A stretch of DNA of 62,401 bases, counting the filler, from Choristocarpus tenellus KU-1152 (taxonomy: Eukaryota; Protista; Phaeophyceae), in the NCBI GenBank assembly GCA_964200185.2. It is 12 parts of 12 records of this genome, joined end to end, with 100 filler letters (N's around TTAATTAATTAA, not from the genome) between each part and the next. Parts side by side here need not be neighbours in the genome. Positions count along the whole stretch, not along the records: positions 1 to 6,553 come from CAXNAD020007882.1; positions 6,654 to 9,702 come from CAXNAD020022697.1; positions 9,803 to 16,114 come from CAXNAD020008411.1; 9 more parts are not named here. One strand, 5' to 3'. The notes under the pieces are model-generated. The model worked only from the letters and a program-made list of their open reading frames with translations, ran no database searches and was not told where the DNA came from. Shown in pieces: positions 1 through 13,500 of this stretch (positions are counted from its first letter, which is position 1; each line of letters starts with the position of its first letter). The position numbers and the translations under genes are program-made.

Positions 1-2455
1 GGACCAGGGACTTGTTCTGGGGGGGGGGGTGCTCTTCTGGTAGGGGGGGGGGGGGGGCGTGGGTGGAGGGTTGAGCACCTGGTTTGCATTGTCTATGGCT
101 TTGATCGTTCTGCTGCTGCTGCTGCCCAGTGATGGCTATGCAACGCACGAAGCAGTTGTCCTTGGACAGAGTGCCAAGGTAGAAGTCACCTTCCCCTGTT
201 GTAAAGGCCAGAAGCTGTCAGAAAGGAGGGGTAGAGACACATGCAGAGAACAGGCAAAGTGGAGGTAGAGTATTGGCAACAGAAACAGACGCGATACATA
301 GATATCATGCAACACAAGGAAGTAGCAAGGAGAGTTGGGGATGGTCACTCACAATTCATTTCTTTGGCATTGTGGGGTATCACCATGTGAATCCATAATG
401 CTCTCCTCCTAATGCATGCCAAGGAGAGACTAATGTCTATTACATCTCCAAACACAAATGCAACCAATTGTTGCGGAAGTTGGAAGTACATTTCCTTGAA
501 ACCATCAAGCTGTATGCTCTCTGTAACAGATTTCTGCAGTTGAAGTACTAATGGCATTCAGCACGCTACCATAGTACCCTCGCAAAAGCTGCACATCCCC
601 ACTACAAATACTTCCAAAGTAGTGTCCCAAACCACCAAACCTCTACTCCTCTCCCTCATTGGTTAGGAAAGGGCACAGATGATATGAAAAGATAGACCTT
701 AGTTCTGCTTGCAGGCTACAACGTCAAAATCGAATTCCTACACTGAGGTCTATCCTTTCATATCATCTGTGCTCCTTCCCAACCAGCAAGGGAGGGGAGG
801 AGGGGGGGGGGGTTACTGGTGTGTACTACAACTTAGTAGTATTAGTTTACAGCAGAAGATTTCAGAAGCTCCTTCCCTGCAAGGTGTTCAATGTGCACTA
901 GAGCATCTCATTCCTCATGATGACCATAAGGCTACCAGATTTGACTACAACTCAAAAAAACGACAAAAAATAATAATAATAATTTGGTCACTGACAATTG
1001 GCCCTTTCACACCTCTCAACAAAACATTCATCCTTCAGGACAGACTGAGGAGAGGAGACATGGGCATAACAACAAAAAAAAACTCAAAACATTGAACACT
1101 CACATGGTACCCACGTCTACACCCCACCAACCCTTCAGCTACATCAGTAAGAAGTCCACTCTATCATCGCACCTGCAACGTGTCGTGGAAACACATGCTG
1201 GTTATCGCAACCCCCTCAAAACTTGATGTATTGCGGGAACGAGAAGAGCCTGAGCCTCCAACACCGACCTGGAAAGAAAGCCCTGACATGGCTACAACCT
1301 CATACCTGCAGAGTATGGTTCCTTGCCACGATATGCCATAAAACTAAAAGGGCCCACCCGGCCCCCTCATCCGAGATGAAGAGAGCGTGACAGACGCAAC
1401 CAAGGGTAGGGGTGTCACATGTTGTTGGTGTTGAGGGGGGGAGGATCAGTCAATTGGGGAAATCGTTATAAGTGGAGGGGAGGGAGATTAGAGTGTGGCA
1501 ACGCACTAAGGTCTTACTCTACCGAGCAACTCACACACGAATAATAACACAGTAATCTTTGGATGTGAGGGGCAGACTTAACAGTCTCTCCAACGAAGAA
1601 GGGGCAGCAGAATTGAGCCCTGCGAGGCAAATAACACACAGAGTTGACCGATACAAGTATTAGTGAGTTATGCAAACAGCCAGGCAAAGGAAGAAGTTAT
1701 GACAGGGAGAACCAACAACGTGTTCCTGTGTTGCATCCCTTGAACATCGATCGCCAAGATGGAGACTTACCTTTCCATCAGCAGTGCCCACCAGGAGGTC
1801 CTGACCAAATCTCCCCTGGCACATGGCCGTGATGTTGGAATCCACCCCAACCACTTCTGCCACTACAGTCAGTTCAGCGTCCGCAGGGTGGGACCAAGAA
1901 TCCTGGTCCTCGTCCTCCGCCGAGTGCTAAGGAGGGAGCGAGATAAAAGACTTTTCGACTTATGTTTAGTTTTCCATCTTTCTGGATTTGCCTAGTTCGT
2001 AATACCTCACAGACGAACAATACAGGTCCTATATCATCCATCTTAACCAAGCCCTCAGGTACCATCGTTTGTATACTCCTCTCTGCTGACCACACCACCC
2101 TGCATCTCACCTGCTGCTCTAGCCAATTCGGCACAGAGAACCTTTCTCCTATCGGCTTTGAACCAGGACGCTGTCGAACGGACACCAGCACCACATGACC
2201 TGCTCCTGAAACAGCGGCGAGAGCAGATGAATCCCTCTTCCATAGGAAACTAGGGGTATTCGGGAGTGGCCGGAGGAGCAGAGCGAGAGATCCAAGAGGT
2301 ATATGGTCTTTTCCACCAGACCACACCAAAAGCTCTGTTGTGGTTGCAATGGCAACCAGGGAGCCATTTGCGTTGAAGGCCAGCGATAGAGCCTCTGTTG
2401 ACCTGGTTGTCGGACCAAGTCTTAGGACTTTCGGACAGCCGTAGACAACATACAT
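1..2455 (-). CDS. RIC1: RIC1 (Rab6/Ypt6 GEF complex subunit), 5' four exons; runs off the window edge
   Basis: N-terminus MYVVYGCPKVL... resembles the RIC1 start (MYxxxGWP). Exons 2455-2111, 1926-1771, 1343-1173 and 214-<1 are joined by phase-0 GT-AG introns. The spliced product gives LLVGTADGK|FYGISWQG and HDTLQ|LLAFTTGEG, matching RIC1 beta-propeller motifs. Confidence 0.85.
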
Positions 2456-2689
2456 TTTTTGGGAGGCACTGGCTGATCCTCAGTAGCTCATTTCATTTTG
2501 AAGTCTCCCCAGAAGCCTTGCAAAGATCTACAGGCAAGATTCCTCCGCTCCTTTTTCTTTCCTGAGGGATATCAAGGATCGCTGGCAAAAGGGTCTGTCC
2601 TTCGAACTTGTTTGTCTTGCTGGTTCCTTCTCCAAATACCATAGCCCTCCCTAACCCTTTCTGACATGATACACAGTATTAGAAAACAG

Positions 2690-2700
2690 TAGTACTAGTT

Positions 2701-2742
<42 letters not shown>
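2690..2742. repeat. (AGT/TAG)n microsatellite in the divergent intergenic region
   Basis: Run of gtagtagtag... visible directly. Confidence 0.9.
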
Positions 2743-3075
2743 AAAGCATAAATTGTAGTGTTGTAGCACACAATAGTACGTATTTTACATTGATCAGGTT
2801 ACCTGTTTGAGTTTGCAACGATCTTTTCATCACCCCCTTCCCTTTGCCTTTTTCTCCCACTCACTGTGCTGACTGCCACCCTGGATTTTCGGCAACTGCT
2901 GTAATACCCAGTTGGCTGACTTTATTTGTTAAATAATTCGTTCATACCCCATACATACCCGCCTCAACCATTCAATTAGAGGTGTATAGGCAGTACACCT
3001 TCAGAGCACCACATTGAACATTCAATCGATTTCGCCCACATATTTTCCCTTCGCAACTAAAGCATCGGTGAGGAA

Positions 3076-4688
3076 ATGAGGAAAATTCGCCACCTCTCCA
3101 GTCTGTCCCAGAAACATGCCATATGTTGTGTTGTGTATTTGTCAGAGGGAAGAAACAGTGCTTTACTTGACAAACTTGCCTGCGAAGTCGAAACATATGA
3201 GGGAGCAAGCCTTATACGGCAATTCCGAGACTCGGCGTATAACCGGACAGGACTGACTCTGGCGGGAAGACCTTCGTGCGTCCAAGCTGCTGCGCTGGCA
3301 GTGAGCAGATCTGCTCTTGGGTCGATCGACCTGAGATACCACGACGCGACACATCCCAGGGTGGGCTCAGTGGACCATATATCTGTTCATGCGATTGGTG
3401 GGACTCCGGTTGACAGTGCAAAAGAGGTCGGTCTGAATATCGCTAGGACTCTCGGCAAGGAGGGACTACCTGTGTTGCTCTATGGGGCACTCAAGAACGG
3501 TCGTGGGCTCGCTGAGGTATGTTTGTACCCCTGTAAGCCCCTGTCGTAGCAAAGGCTCCCCTCCATATTGCCCCGTTAAGTTAACACAAATTACATGCAA
3601 TGTAAGCTGATATATTATTTTTTTAATATGACTGGATCTCTGCAAGATGTTGAATACTCTTTTTGCTGCCAAACAAATCATCTAGTCTAGTTCCCTTTCG
3701 AGTAGGTGCGCAGGTCTCTTCCATACTTCAGTGCTGGGTCGTCACCACGAACGATTGAAGCTGACATGGGACCAAATGAGGCAAGTACAAAAAGAATCAA
3801 TCCCCTCAACAAGGGAGAAGGATATCATGATGCATAACATTATATGGCACATAGTTCCATTTGAGGGAAAAATGGATAACAGTTGCCTGAATCCCATGTT
3901 GTATTTGATATTTACCACACACGAATGGGTTTATCGCTGTGGAAGTTCCACTATCGTTGCACTCTATGTCAAACCTCCCTTAACACACCATGCCCGTAAT
4001 AGGTTTGTCCATCGAAGGGGATAGCTACAATTGGGTGTACTCCTGTTGTTGTCAACTACAATGTTCTACTTTCCACAACAAGCAAGAGATTGGCAATGGC
4101 TGTTACCCGCAGCTTGCGCGAAAAGGATGGGGGTCTTCCATGGGTAAGTTGACACACATGGTATACACCCCTTCCATATTACCCCACTAACTTCGGTAAA
4201 CGTTTAGTCATTTTCAAGTCGGACTAGCTCAATCTGGTCCTGTTCGTCTGCAACATACTCAGTATGTGGATTGTTTGCTGATGATTACCTCTAGTCTCCT
4301 TCAATTGGTGCTTCAGAGTATTTAAACAAGAGTTCTTCGTCCCTTCCCACCTAACTGCAGAAATGTATTAGTAATATAATGGGTCCTGGTCCAATCTCCA
4401 ACCTCCTCCTTACCCTCCTCCTGCTCGAAATGTTTGGTCTCGATACACTTATGGCACCATCTTGTCGCAAAGGTTGAGGCACTTACCCTCCAACAAGAAG
4501 ATGGCAGGTACGAAGCAGCTTGTAACCTCCTTCGGCCAGGGAAGTCGACACCTGATATGGTACTTGCAGTTGCTCAGGCAAGAGCTGGGGATCTGGGCAT
4601 CAGTGTGGTGGATCACTACTCTACAGGACTCACTGAAGAGGAAGCACTTGCAGCCATAGGTAGCTCTCTAGGGGAACGGAACTCTTGA
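3076..4688 (+). CDS. Glutamate formimidoyltransferase (formiminotransferase-domain protein, plant-type FTCD-like, no cyclodeaminase domain), ~290 aa, complete
   Basis: Exons 3076-3516, 3706-3780, 4003-4143 and 4473-4688, all phase 0. Motifs YLSEGRN, DSAYNRT, IDL..H.ATHPRVGSVDHI, PVLLYG, NYNV, GGLP, EAACNLL. Intron 2 has a GC donor. Confidence 0.9.
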
Positions 4689-6553
4689 TTTGGTTGCTAT
4701 AGAGCCGTCCTATCTTAGAAATGAGGTTCATTAAGTATTTGAGGCCCCTGCGACAGCCTTGCGGCGCATTAGTCTCAAGCACTATGGAGGAGAATTCTGT
4801 GGTAGTCACAGGCTTCACAGAGGGGCTAGGTTGCATTCTAGACATGGGGTGCCAGGTAGAAGGTTCAAACAGCCGTAACTATGAAAATATTCAAAAGTGT
4901 CTAGGATAGGACGGGTTGCAGTGTATGGTAGTAGAGCTCTGGTGATGCTTGATGAAACTGAAGGCTTCTCGTAAGGCTGCTGGATGGTCAATTCCATCCT
5001 TTACAAAAAACTAAGTAGGATGGATACAGCATGGAGTATAACTTGCTGCTGTATAGTAGAGCTCCACTATTTTGTACTCGATGTTCATACTTTCAATTCC
5101 GTTGCCTCTTACGCAGTCAGGCACCCTCTGTCTCTTCCTGTGTTAGCCTAGGTCTACGATATACCGAAGAGTGCAAAGATAAAACGTAAGCCAACGAGCC
5201 CACGAAAATGTTGTATTATACATTTAATTTATATGTAACATGACTACTAGTAGGTGCAGTATAGCATTGTCAACATCTCATACAAATATCTAAAATAGGC
5301 AACCAAGCACCTCTGAAAGCAAGACTGGCACAGATGTTCATGGGGTTTATGTATGAAGTAGAAAAGGGGGCGGAAAACAAGTTTCTCGCACTTCTGCGTA
5401 AACTGGTACTGGCGACAGTTTGGAAGGGCTTTGGCACCTGGTATAACCTGTCATGACAACTGGTATGGTGCAATATCCACAGCCCAACCTCTGCAGAGGA
5501 AGCACGCAGATATCTCAAGCCTCCCGCAATGTGTTATGATGTCCCCCGACATTTTACAGATGTGTCGTTAGAAAAGCCAATGAAAAGTCAATTCAATATC
5601 ATAGGAAAGCCTCCCACAATCCAAGAATCGGTATATGCGGGACAATAAAGAACACAAACCGAGTTGTAAGAACCTTACAACATGCGCCATATGATGAATT
5701 GGTGCTGTCTAAAACTTTAAGAGTTGAGCTGGTTGACTGAAAGTGATCTTCCACGTGAGGATTGCGTCAGTGCAGCAGAGTTGTATCGTTCTTGACGATA
5801 TGGACTCAACTGTTGAGGTCAGTAGGCATGATCTTGACAACACAATAAAGTATTTTAACTAGAGAAGCAACGAGGAACAGTTAAGATCATTTAAGTACGC
5901 CGTTAACACCTTGATCGCAAATGGTGCAGTTGGCTTCGTACTGATCAACCAGTCAAAAATGCTCTTGGGTCCATCAAAAAGGTTTAACACCATGCATAAT
6001 GATCAAAGGTTGGCAAGGATTGTTAGGTGCTTCTACGACTATTCAATAACACTGGTCAGGAGTTGTAATACCCATTGCATCATTTAGTGATCACTGGACT
6101 GCCAAGGTTAGCCCAAGACATCTAGGAGCTTCCTAGGAGGCGCCTCACGCTGGAGTCAAGAAGACAACGAAAACGAGAGGTACACAGGGTTACGCTTTAA
6201 GGATGATGGCAATGTGCAGATTTCGATTTTTCTGGAAATACGTATAATAGGGAGCTTCTAAATCCAATCGAAATTTTCATACAATACAGAAAACAACGCT
6301 CTCAAGTTAATCTTGGTACTTTATACATAGATAGGATGAATTTCGAAATATGAGCATGTAACATAAAATGTAAAACGCCCAAGATCTGCGTACCTCTCGT
6401 ATGCTTTGGCTCGTAGCAGAATCTACTGCAAGCAAACACTGCTCGATCTTGCATAGCAGTGGATGTTGAAGCGTGGCAAAGCAGCAGACTGAGTGGTGTT
6501 CGTAGATAGTACTGCTGACACACTATAGACACCACTGGTGGATTATGTGATAG

Positions 6554-6653
6554 NNNNNNNNNNNNNNNNNNNNNNNNNNNNNNNNNNNNNNNNNNNNTTA
6601 ATTAATTAANNNNNNNNNNNNNNNNNNNNNNNNNNNNNNNNNNNNNNNNNNNN
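6554..6653. other. Artificial contig linker (N44-TTAATTAATTAA-N44). The same linker occurs at 9703, 16115, 19979, 27504, 30668, 36828, 47684, 51505, 56473 and 59206; there is a 10-N scaffold gap at 27185-27194
   Basis: Identical 100-bp construct with stop codons in all six frames, seen 11 times. Confidence 0.98.
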
Positions 6654-6655
6654 AT

Positions 6656-9440
6656 TTTCTGCCCATCGCGAAGGTGGGCACTACTACTCCGGCGAAAACA
6701 ACTCTACGAAACTGGTAGCAAGGCGTAAAGTCCCTTCGACCAGAATCCTTCGAGGTACTGAAGGAAGTGTGTGAGACCTCGTCACCACAGATTGACCGCA
6801 ATGCAGTCACACTAAACTATCTAATGAGCGAGGAGTTTGCCAGCTTCACTTCTCTCAAGCAGGGGCTATGCATCCACCTGCTTGCTAGGCAAGTCAAAAC
6901 GCCACTGTGTTTTATCGTGTAGACAGCAGTAAGCGCAGTTTATGCAGGTCGCAGCACATTGCACAGGAGCTTGAAATAATTGTCTCCTGCGATGAAGAAT
7001 GCAGTCGGCCATTGTTGTGTCGAACGAAAATCCCTTCGTAGTATTCTGGTAGTTCTACAGTGTGTGTTTCCTGTGTATGTGCGCTCTTGTCTAGTACGAA
7101 GTACGACAATTGAGTAATGAATATTTGCTGCAGTGACGACCCTTTCCTCTTCATAACCTGCACATCGTTCTCCTTGACGTCCTTTGTGGCAATTCTATTT
7201 AGCAGCTACAAGTCGTTCTACGGGAAGGCTACTACGGCGAGGGACCACAAGGACATCGAATCGGACGCGCACATATCTGAGATGGTTATCTCGTGCACCA
7301 GGAAGATTGTGCCCAGGGAGAAGTGGACACCAGAGCCCCAAAGGTTGGTAAATGGTGCAGTTGCAGCGGTTTTCTTTTTTTGCCTTTTCCGTATCTCCTG
7401 TGCACCCATACGTCGCCATGCGCCCCTGAATTGTAAAATACACCGTCAGCTTCTTTTTCTGCACCGCACTTATTGATATTGCAAAACCGCTCTGAATTCC
7501 GGACATTCCGTGAATGATGCAAGGGCTGCCAGGGAAATGGACAGGCTTCGCATACGAGAAGTGCAGTATGCACGACCTCTGGGTCAAGCCCCACTACGAG
7601 GAGAGGGAGAGGGAGGCAGCCCAACTTCTGCTGAAGGTTTCATCTGGCGACCAACAGGCGGGGCCCGTCCGGCAGCTGAGGGCAAACATCTCCACGGTAG
7701 TCGGAATGAAACCTCTACAACGGGTCAGAGCCGTGAGTGTGCCTCCTGCGTTCGTAATTACAGCTGACATGGCTTGTACCGAAAAAAATAGTTGATGCTT
7801 GGTAGGATTGGTGGTGGGTCTTCGTCATCATCATGAGCGGCAGAGTTGCCTTCCATACTACAAACGTTGCTGTTTTGTCAGTTCTAGTCTTTCATTGCTA
7901 ATAGCGGGAATAGCAAATCGTTTCCTTCAACTGTAGACAACGATCTTGGTCAATCTTCACCTCGTTTCTGCCTCCAACATGCGTCACTGAAAAAACCTAC
8001 ATACGGATTGGCGTCCTCGACATGGACTTATTTCAAACTATTTCGCCCCGCAAGCCGCCTCCATTAAACACGTTCACCACATCAACCGTACCGTTTGCTC
8101 TGTTCGCTCCTCCATGCTATCGTACTTCCATTACACCATCACATTTTTGACGTCACCATCTTCCCCTCCTCTCCTCAACGACGTCCTCCACCGTCTCCAC
8201 TACTAGATTCTCGAGAAGGACTCGACTCTACGCGCTTACCTCACCACCTGGGATGGGAAATACCAGGATGTACTCAACCAGGTCAACTTCCACCAGGTTC
8301 ACAGCGGGCAGGGCTGTGATGGCGGCGGCGCAGAATTTGAGAGCAACAACGGATCGGCATCAGATGGCCGTGAGAAAGAAGACGAGGGAGGGCGCGAACA
8401 TAGAGGAGGGGAGGGATACGAGGGAGGGGACGAACACAAAGGAGGGGACGAAGACGAGAGAGGGAACGGACTGCCAGACAGGGAGGATACGGGCGAAGGG
8501 GGTTCTGTCGGCAGTGTTCCTGGTGCGGAAGAAGAACAAAACGGCCATGGAGGGTGGAACGCGGGCGTTTGCTGTACTGAATGCTATCCTCCACCTATGT
8601 CTCGGTGAGTAATGTAGTTGTAACGGTGCACACGAGGGCAGATTGTAATTAATAGCGTAAGATTGGTTTCCATCCAATCCCCTGAACGAATAGAATACGT
8701 TGTATCTTTTCAGTGGTGCACACCATTGAATCGATGGTATGTTGCGGGGTCCCTCTATGTGCGGCACTGCAGTCGCTACCCCCACGTCTCTTTATTTGCC
8801 ACTGTCCGATTGTGTGTTAATGCATGTACATCACCGACTGTTGTATCTCACCTGTACTACTTCGTGCTGTTTTGCGCGGCCAATTTCGTGGTCCTTCGTA
8901 ACCGTGGATCCTCCTGTTGCGTTGTTGCGCCCAATTAATGATCTGGAAAAATAATGTCCTGTCTGTTTAACGCTCTGATTCGATGACACGCGCGACAGGT
9001 ATTCATGCCCAAAGTGCTCCATCACGCATATGGGCGAATATGCCTACGCAGAGATTATAGATGACGAGAGGCACAAGGATCGATTATGTATCAATTGCCC
9101 CATGGCACAGGAGGGCAGTGAAGGGTCTGGACCGGTGGGGAACGAAGCGGCGGGTCGGCACAGGGGCAGGGGTAAGGCTCACGCAAGGAGCACGAGCGGG
9201 TCACCCACGACGCAAAGCCTTTTACATCCCTCCTTACACAGCGAAACGGCCGACATGGAGAAGTGCATGTGGGTCTCGGAGTGGTTGCACATTATACAGA
9301 CACACAAGTCGTCTCTGCGTGTTTGTTCTCGCGTTGGTTTGCACATAGGTCTTGGCTGCTTGTACATCATGTGGATTGCTCGTCCTTTGTGCCTTGGATG
9401 TGTCGTTTTTTTGGAGGTTTCCATGGGCCATGGAACTTAG
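6656..9440 (+). pseudogene. Five-exon pseudogene of unknown function with an acidic Gly/Glu-rich linker and a degenerate PHD-like Cys motif; possibly TE-borne
   Basis: Exons <6656-6888, 7206-7343, 7450-7732, 8207-8604 and 8999-~9440 join with consistent phases (2,2,0,2). In-frame stops are TAG 6716, TGA 7493 and TGA 7511. The spliced motif is CCTECYPPPMSR|YSCPKCSITH...LCINC. Confidence 0.55.
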
Positions 9441-9802
9441 TGTTTTGGTGTCTACCCTCCTTCCATGAGATGTATCTGATGAGTCTGGCATTGTGGAGGG
9501 TACGGCCTGATATTTTGGAGATGCCGTGGAATTATTGTCAGGACCTCACTTAATGAAAAGATTTCCTGCACCGTAGCTTACTACCCTGTCCTTCTTGTCG
9601 TGCTGTCTGTCTACTGTGTCGTGTGTCATGATGTCCAAGCAGGAGTGAGAACACTGCACTACACGACCTTCACCCTCTCGACCCTACGGTATCCTTAGAC
9701 GGNNNNNNNNNNNNNNNNNNNNNNNNNNNNNNNNNNNNNNNNNNNNTTAATTAATTAANNNNNNNNNNNNNNNNNNNNNNNNNNNNNNNNNNNNNNNNNN
9801 NN

Positions 9803-9989
9803 TTTATGACATTTTCCTACTCCAAAATGTTTCGGAGTACGTGAATTGTATACGTAATGAAAAGGTGTGTCCAGAACATGGATATGGACACTTCCTAACA
9901 AACACAATACCAAAAATTACATCAAAATCGCAACATTAAATATTGACCCCCAAATGGACAGGGCTCTACCCTCTAAGATACTTTGGCTC
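9803..9989. mobile_element. MITE family copy, truncated by the contig start
   Basis: Ends ...ccctctaagatactttggctc. Internal sequence is shared with 11711-11965 (inverted) and 29339-29799. Confidence 0.75.
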
Positions 9990-10538
9990 GTAGTCGTGGG
10001 GAGAATTCCACCTAGAGTACGTAGGGGGTACAGATGTCAACATTGGGTAGGATGTAACTGCATGGATAGTGACAATAAGAGCAAGATGCCTACGATCTGC
10101 TGCAATTGGAAATGTAACGCCCCCAAGTGGTGTAGAAATCCCTCAGATTCCTCTTGTATGGACAGGCGTTTGGCATGGAAAATGCATTGGAGCGGGCATG
10201 ATGGTTTGAGGTCATTTACATAAAGAAAGGCAGTGTAGGCACACAGTTGGACTAATATATTCAGGTGTATTATAGAGATCAATTTGTGTCGAATATTCTC
10301 AAGATCTGTACTCCAGAGTGTATATACTTGTACATCAAAAAGGATATCAACTTGCAAAGCAAACACTTTAAATGCCTGTGAAGGATGTTGGCCATGACTG
10401 GTCACCTTCTTGACTGCAAACAGTGCACAATTACAGCACACACTCCTCACTGCGTGCAGTGCAGTGCTTCGTTCCTAAGGTGATCGGGAAAGCGGCATTG
10501 TTCATATGGAGGGGCTAGTTGGAGGATTTGCTTGGCAC

Positions 10539-13500
10539 CTGCACTGCTGCCAGGCTCGCTTTTGCTCTCTTTCGCTCTTCAAGGAGGCGGTGACTCTTGT
10601 CCAAGGCTGCCTCTGCCTGTTGGCACCGTGAGGCTGATGGAGCCTCGAGACTCTGTTGAGAGGTACAGCTGGCAAAGGAACAATTGGAGCTGTTCATGCC
10701 TCCACCCCTCCCACTCAAATTCACCGGTGGGAGCACTTTAGAGGAGCTTGTGCTGTAGGTGGTGTGTGATAAGGCCGGCAATTAGAACAGAATATTTCAG
10801 CTTCTTCTAGCATGCATTTGGTATGTTAATGATGCAAGTATAATTAGTGATGCAAAAATATAATTTGAGTGGAAAGGGGAGGTTGAACTGCGAGTGTGTC
10901 CCAGTGGCCCAATGAGGCATTAAGCATGTCCAGATGTAGATGTTGATTTTTTTCTATCAATTCCCTATCCTTCACAGTCTTGACATACAATTGATTCAAA
11001 TTATGTATGTTCAGGCGGGCAAGATTCTAGAATAGCCCGTTGGAACTAGGAAGTCAAGGCAATTTGTGGAGTTTCTCCTTGAGGTCAAGGGGGATTGATT
11101 GGTGAAAGGCAAAGCTGTTATGAAGCTGCTGAGACGAAACCTCAGGGATTCAAACACTGGCTCAAGCTCTGCAGACTGTCCTCATAGGGCACCTAATACA
11201 CACCTCACATGCGTACAAAACTAAGGTTAGGGTTATCAAACACCAATTGGAAACATTGAATGTGACATGCCTGATTGGCTGGTAAAACTGACTTCCCGCG
11301 GCTCCTGGAGTGCTGCATTTTGCTTCTGCCGGAGCGCCTTGCCTTTCTTTCATCTTTAGCATGTCGTTGTAGTGTTGTCATACCCAGGAAGAGAGAAGGA
11401 GAGAGAGAACAAGACAAGCCAGGGAGAGTGGGTCAAAATTGGGCATAGTAGAAATCCGATGTTAACCTTGTACGATAGCTTATGAGATGCTAGGGGAAGC
11501 TCGAGCTTGGTCACCGCAGTTGTGTCGATAAAGTGTGTTCGTACTAAGGATTTTTCATTGTAAGTGTGTGATCCCCCATACATGGATAGATGAGCGACTG
11601 TAGAAAAAGCAAGGAGACATCTTACATCAGGAGCAACCATTCAGACAGCTTCAGTAGTGCTTCGGCATCTGAACTACTAACATATCAGCCCCATTGGATT
11701 CCCCAGCCTTGAATCAAATATCTTAGAGGGCAGAGCCGCATCCGTTTTGGAGCCAAAATCCAATGTTGCGATTTTGATGTAATATTGGCTATCATGTTTG
11801 TTAGGAAGTGTCAATATCCTTGTTCCGGACACATATTTCATAGCGTATACATTTTACCTACTCCGAAACATTGCGGGGTAGGAAAATGTCAAAAAGAAAC
11901 TGTGAGAAGCCAAGCCCAAATGGACAAACAAGGCAAAACTCGTACCCTCTAAGATGCTTTCACTCACTTGTCCCACTATATCATTGGATAGTGTGTCAAG
12001 CACAGGGAGGAATTCCCGAGATGGAGTTGCAAAATGATCGACCCCACACTAAAAGACTAGATTAATACCAATACACTCTCAACGTGGACATGTGTACAAT
12101 TACGAAAGCAATTTTGTTCCCCCAAGGGGTAGAGGAGGTTGCTTGGTGAGTGCACCCCATTGGCTCAAGGTGTTACCCAAGCAATTCTACTAGTCGGGAA
12201 TGTGTGCTCCATTTACTGCTGATTTCCTCAAAACCCTGGCATGACTCACACATCCCATCATTTGCAACATGGTAATGTTTTCAGTTGGCATCTCACCTTG
12301 GAATGAGGATCTTCCCTGGATTCAATCTCCTCATGGTCAGGCAGGCTGGCTTCCTTGTCCAATGTGATCTTGTGGGCTGCCACCTTGATACGTTCCCTCT
12401 CAAGGGCCAGTGACATGGCAATGGCCTGCTCCAGCTCAGCCTGCTCCTTTTCTTCCTTCTCTCATGTTGTTTGAGGGTCGTGTCCATTGCGGTATAGTTC
12501 AGAGATGGGGGGTCACTTCAGTGAATTTTAGGCACCAGTGAGCATGGGAACGATACACGTCGAGGGCAAGTTTCTTATATTATCTAGAAGATCATTGCTT
12601 GCCTGGGGTTGAATCTAGGAAAGAGTCTAGGAAAGTACTCAGGAGCATCGAAAGAGGTGGTGAGGGAGGGGTGACACAATATGTACTTTGAGTAGGAGCT
12701 ATTGCTGGACTCGGAACGGAAAGGCAGCAGAAGTAAAACATTGTTCATTTTTTTCACCTAAGATGTTAGATTTTCAATATTCAAGTTTGTTTCCCTGCAT
12801 ATGCATGCATGTGTCCGATCGTTTTTCCTCCTATGCACCTATGCAGGGATATGCATACAGCCAGTGTGGTCGTTGAGAGCATGGTTATTGACCCATAGTA
12901 TCGTAGAGGGGGGGCCAGGTGTCCATTTAGGGCCTGTGTGAACCTGTAGTGATTTCCATGTCGTATGAGTGAAGGCGTCAGATTTAGCAGCAATTTCCTT
13001 CATCTCAACGCACCTTCCTTTTCTATCCCTAACCCTGCCTGAACAAAATTCAAATGAATTCACTAAAAATATATATATCAAACTGGGGTATCTTACAACA
13101 CCTCATCAAGCCTCAAATGGACATCCTGGGCTAAACACTCCCCCCTCTAAGATACTATGGGTCAATTCTCCTCAAAAAATGAGTTCCAAAGACTGTGACA
13201 GACAATCTTACATGTATCCTACATGACAGCACCATCCAACCTTATGTGAACGTTCTGGCATACCATGTCTATAGGTACATATTTCCGTATCTAATTTTGT
13301 ATCCCTGTCATGTATTTCTTCTTAGTGGTGGCAGTATTAATCTCTGTGCCCCCCCACACACACATTAAAAAAACACTACCAACCATACCTCTGTGTGAAG
13401 AAGGTAAGGTTTTCTCGTGTCTGTGGAAGAGACATCCTACAGGAGCTAAGAGATGGGGGAGTTGTAATAACATGGGCCGGACACACCTTTCTAGAACTTG

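Noticed and set aside
6554-6653. TTAATTAATTAA palindrome as a biological motif (e.g. piggyBac TTAA site)
   Set aside because: It is always centred in identical N padding, so it is an assembly concatenation linker.
7493-7513. Selenocysteine or recoded TGA codons
   Set aside because: The same model also has a TAG stop, there is no redox-motif context, I see no SECIS, and TGA is a normal stop in neighbouring genes. CGA->TGA decay is simpler.
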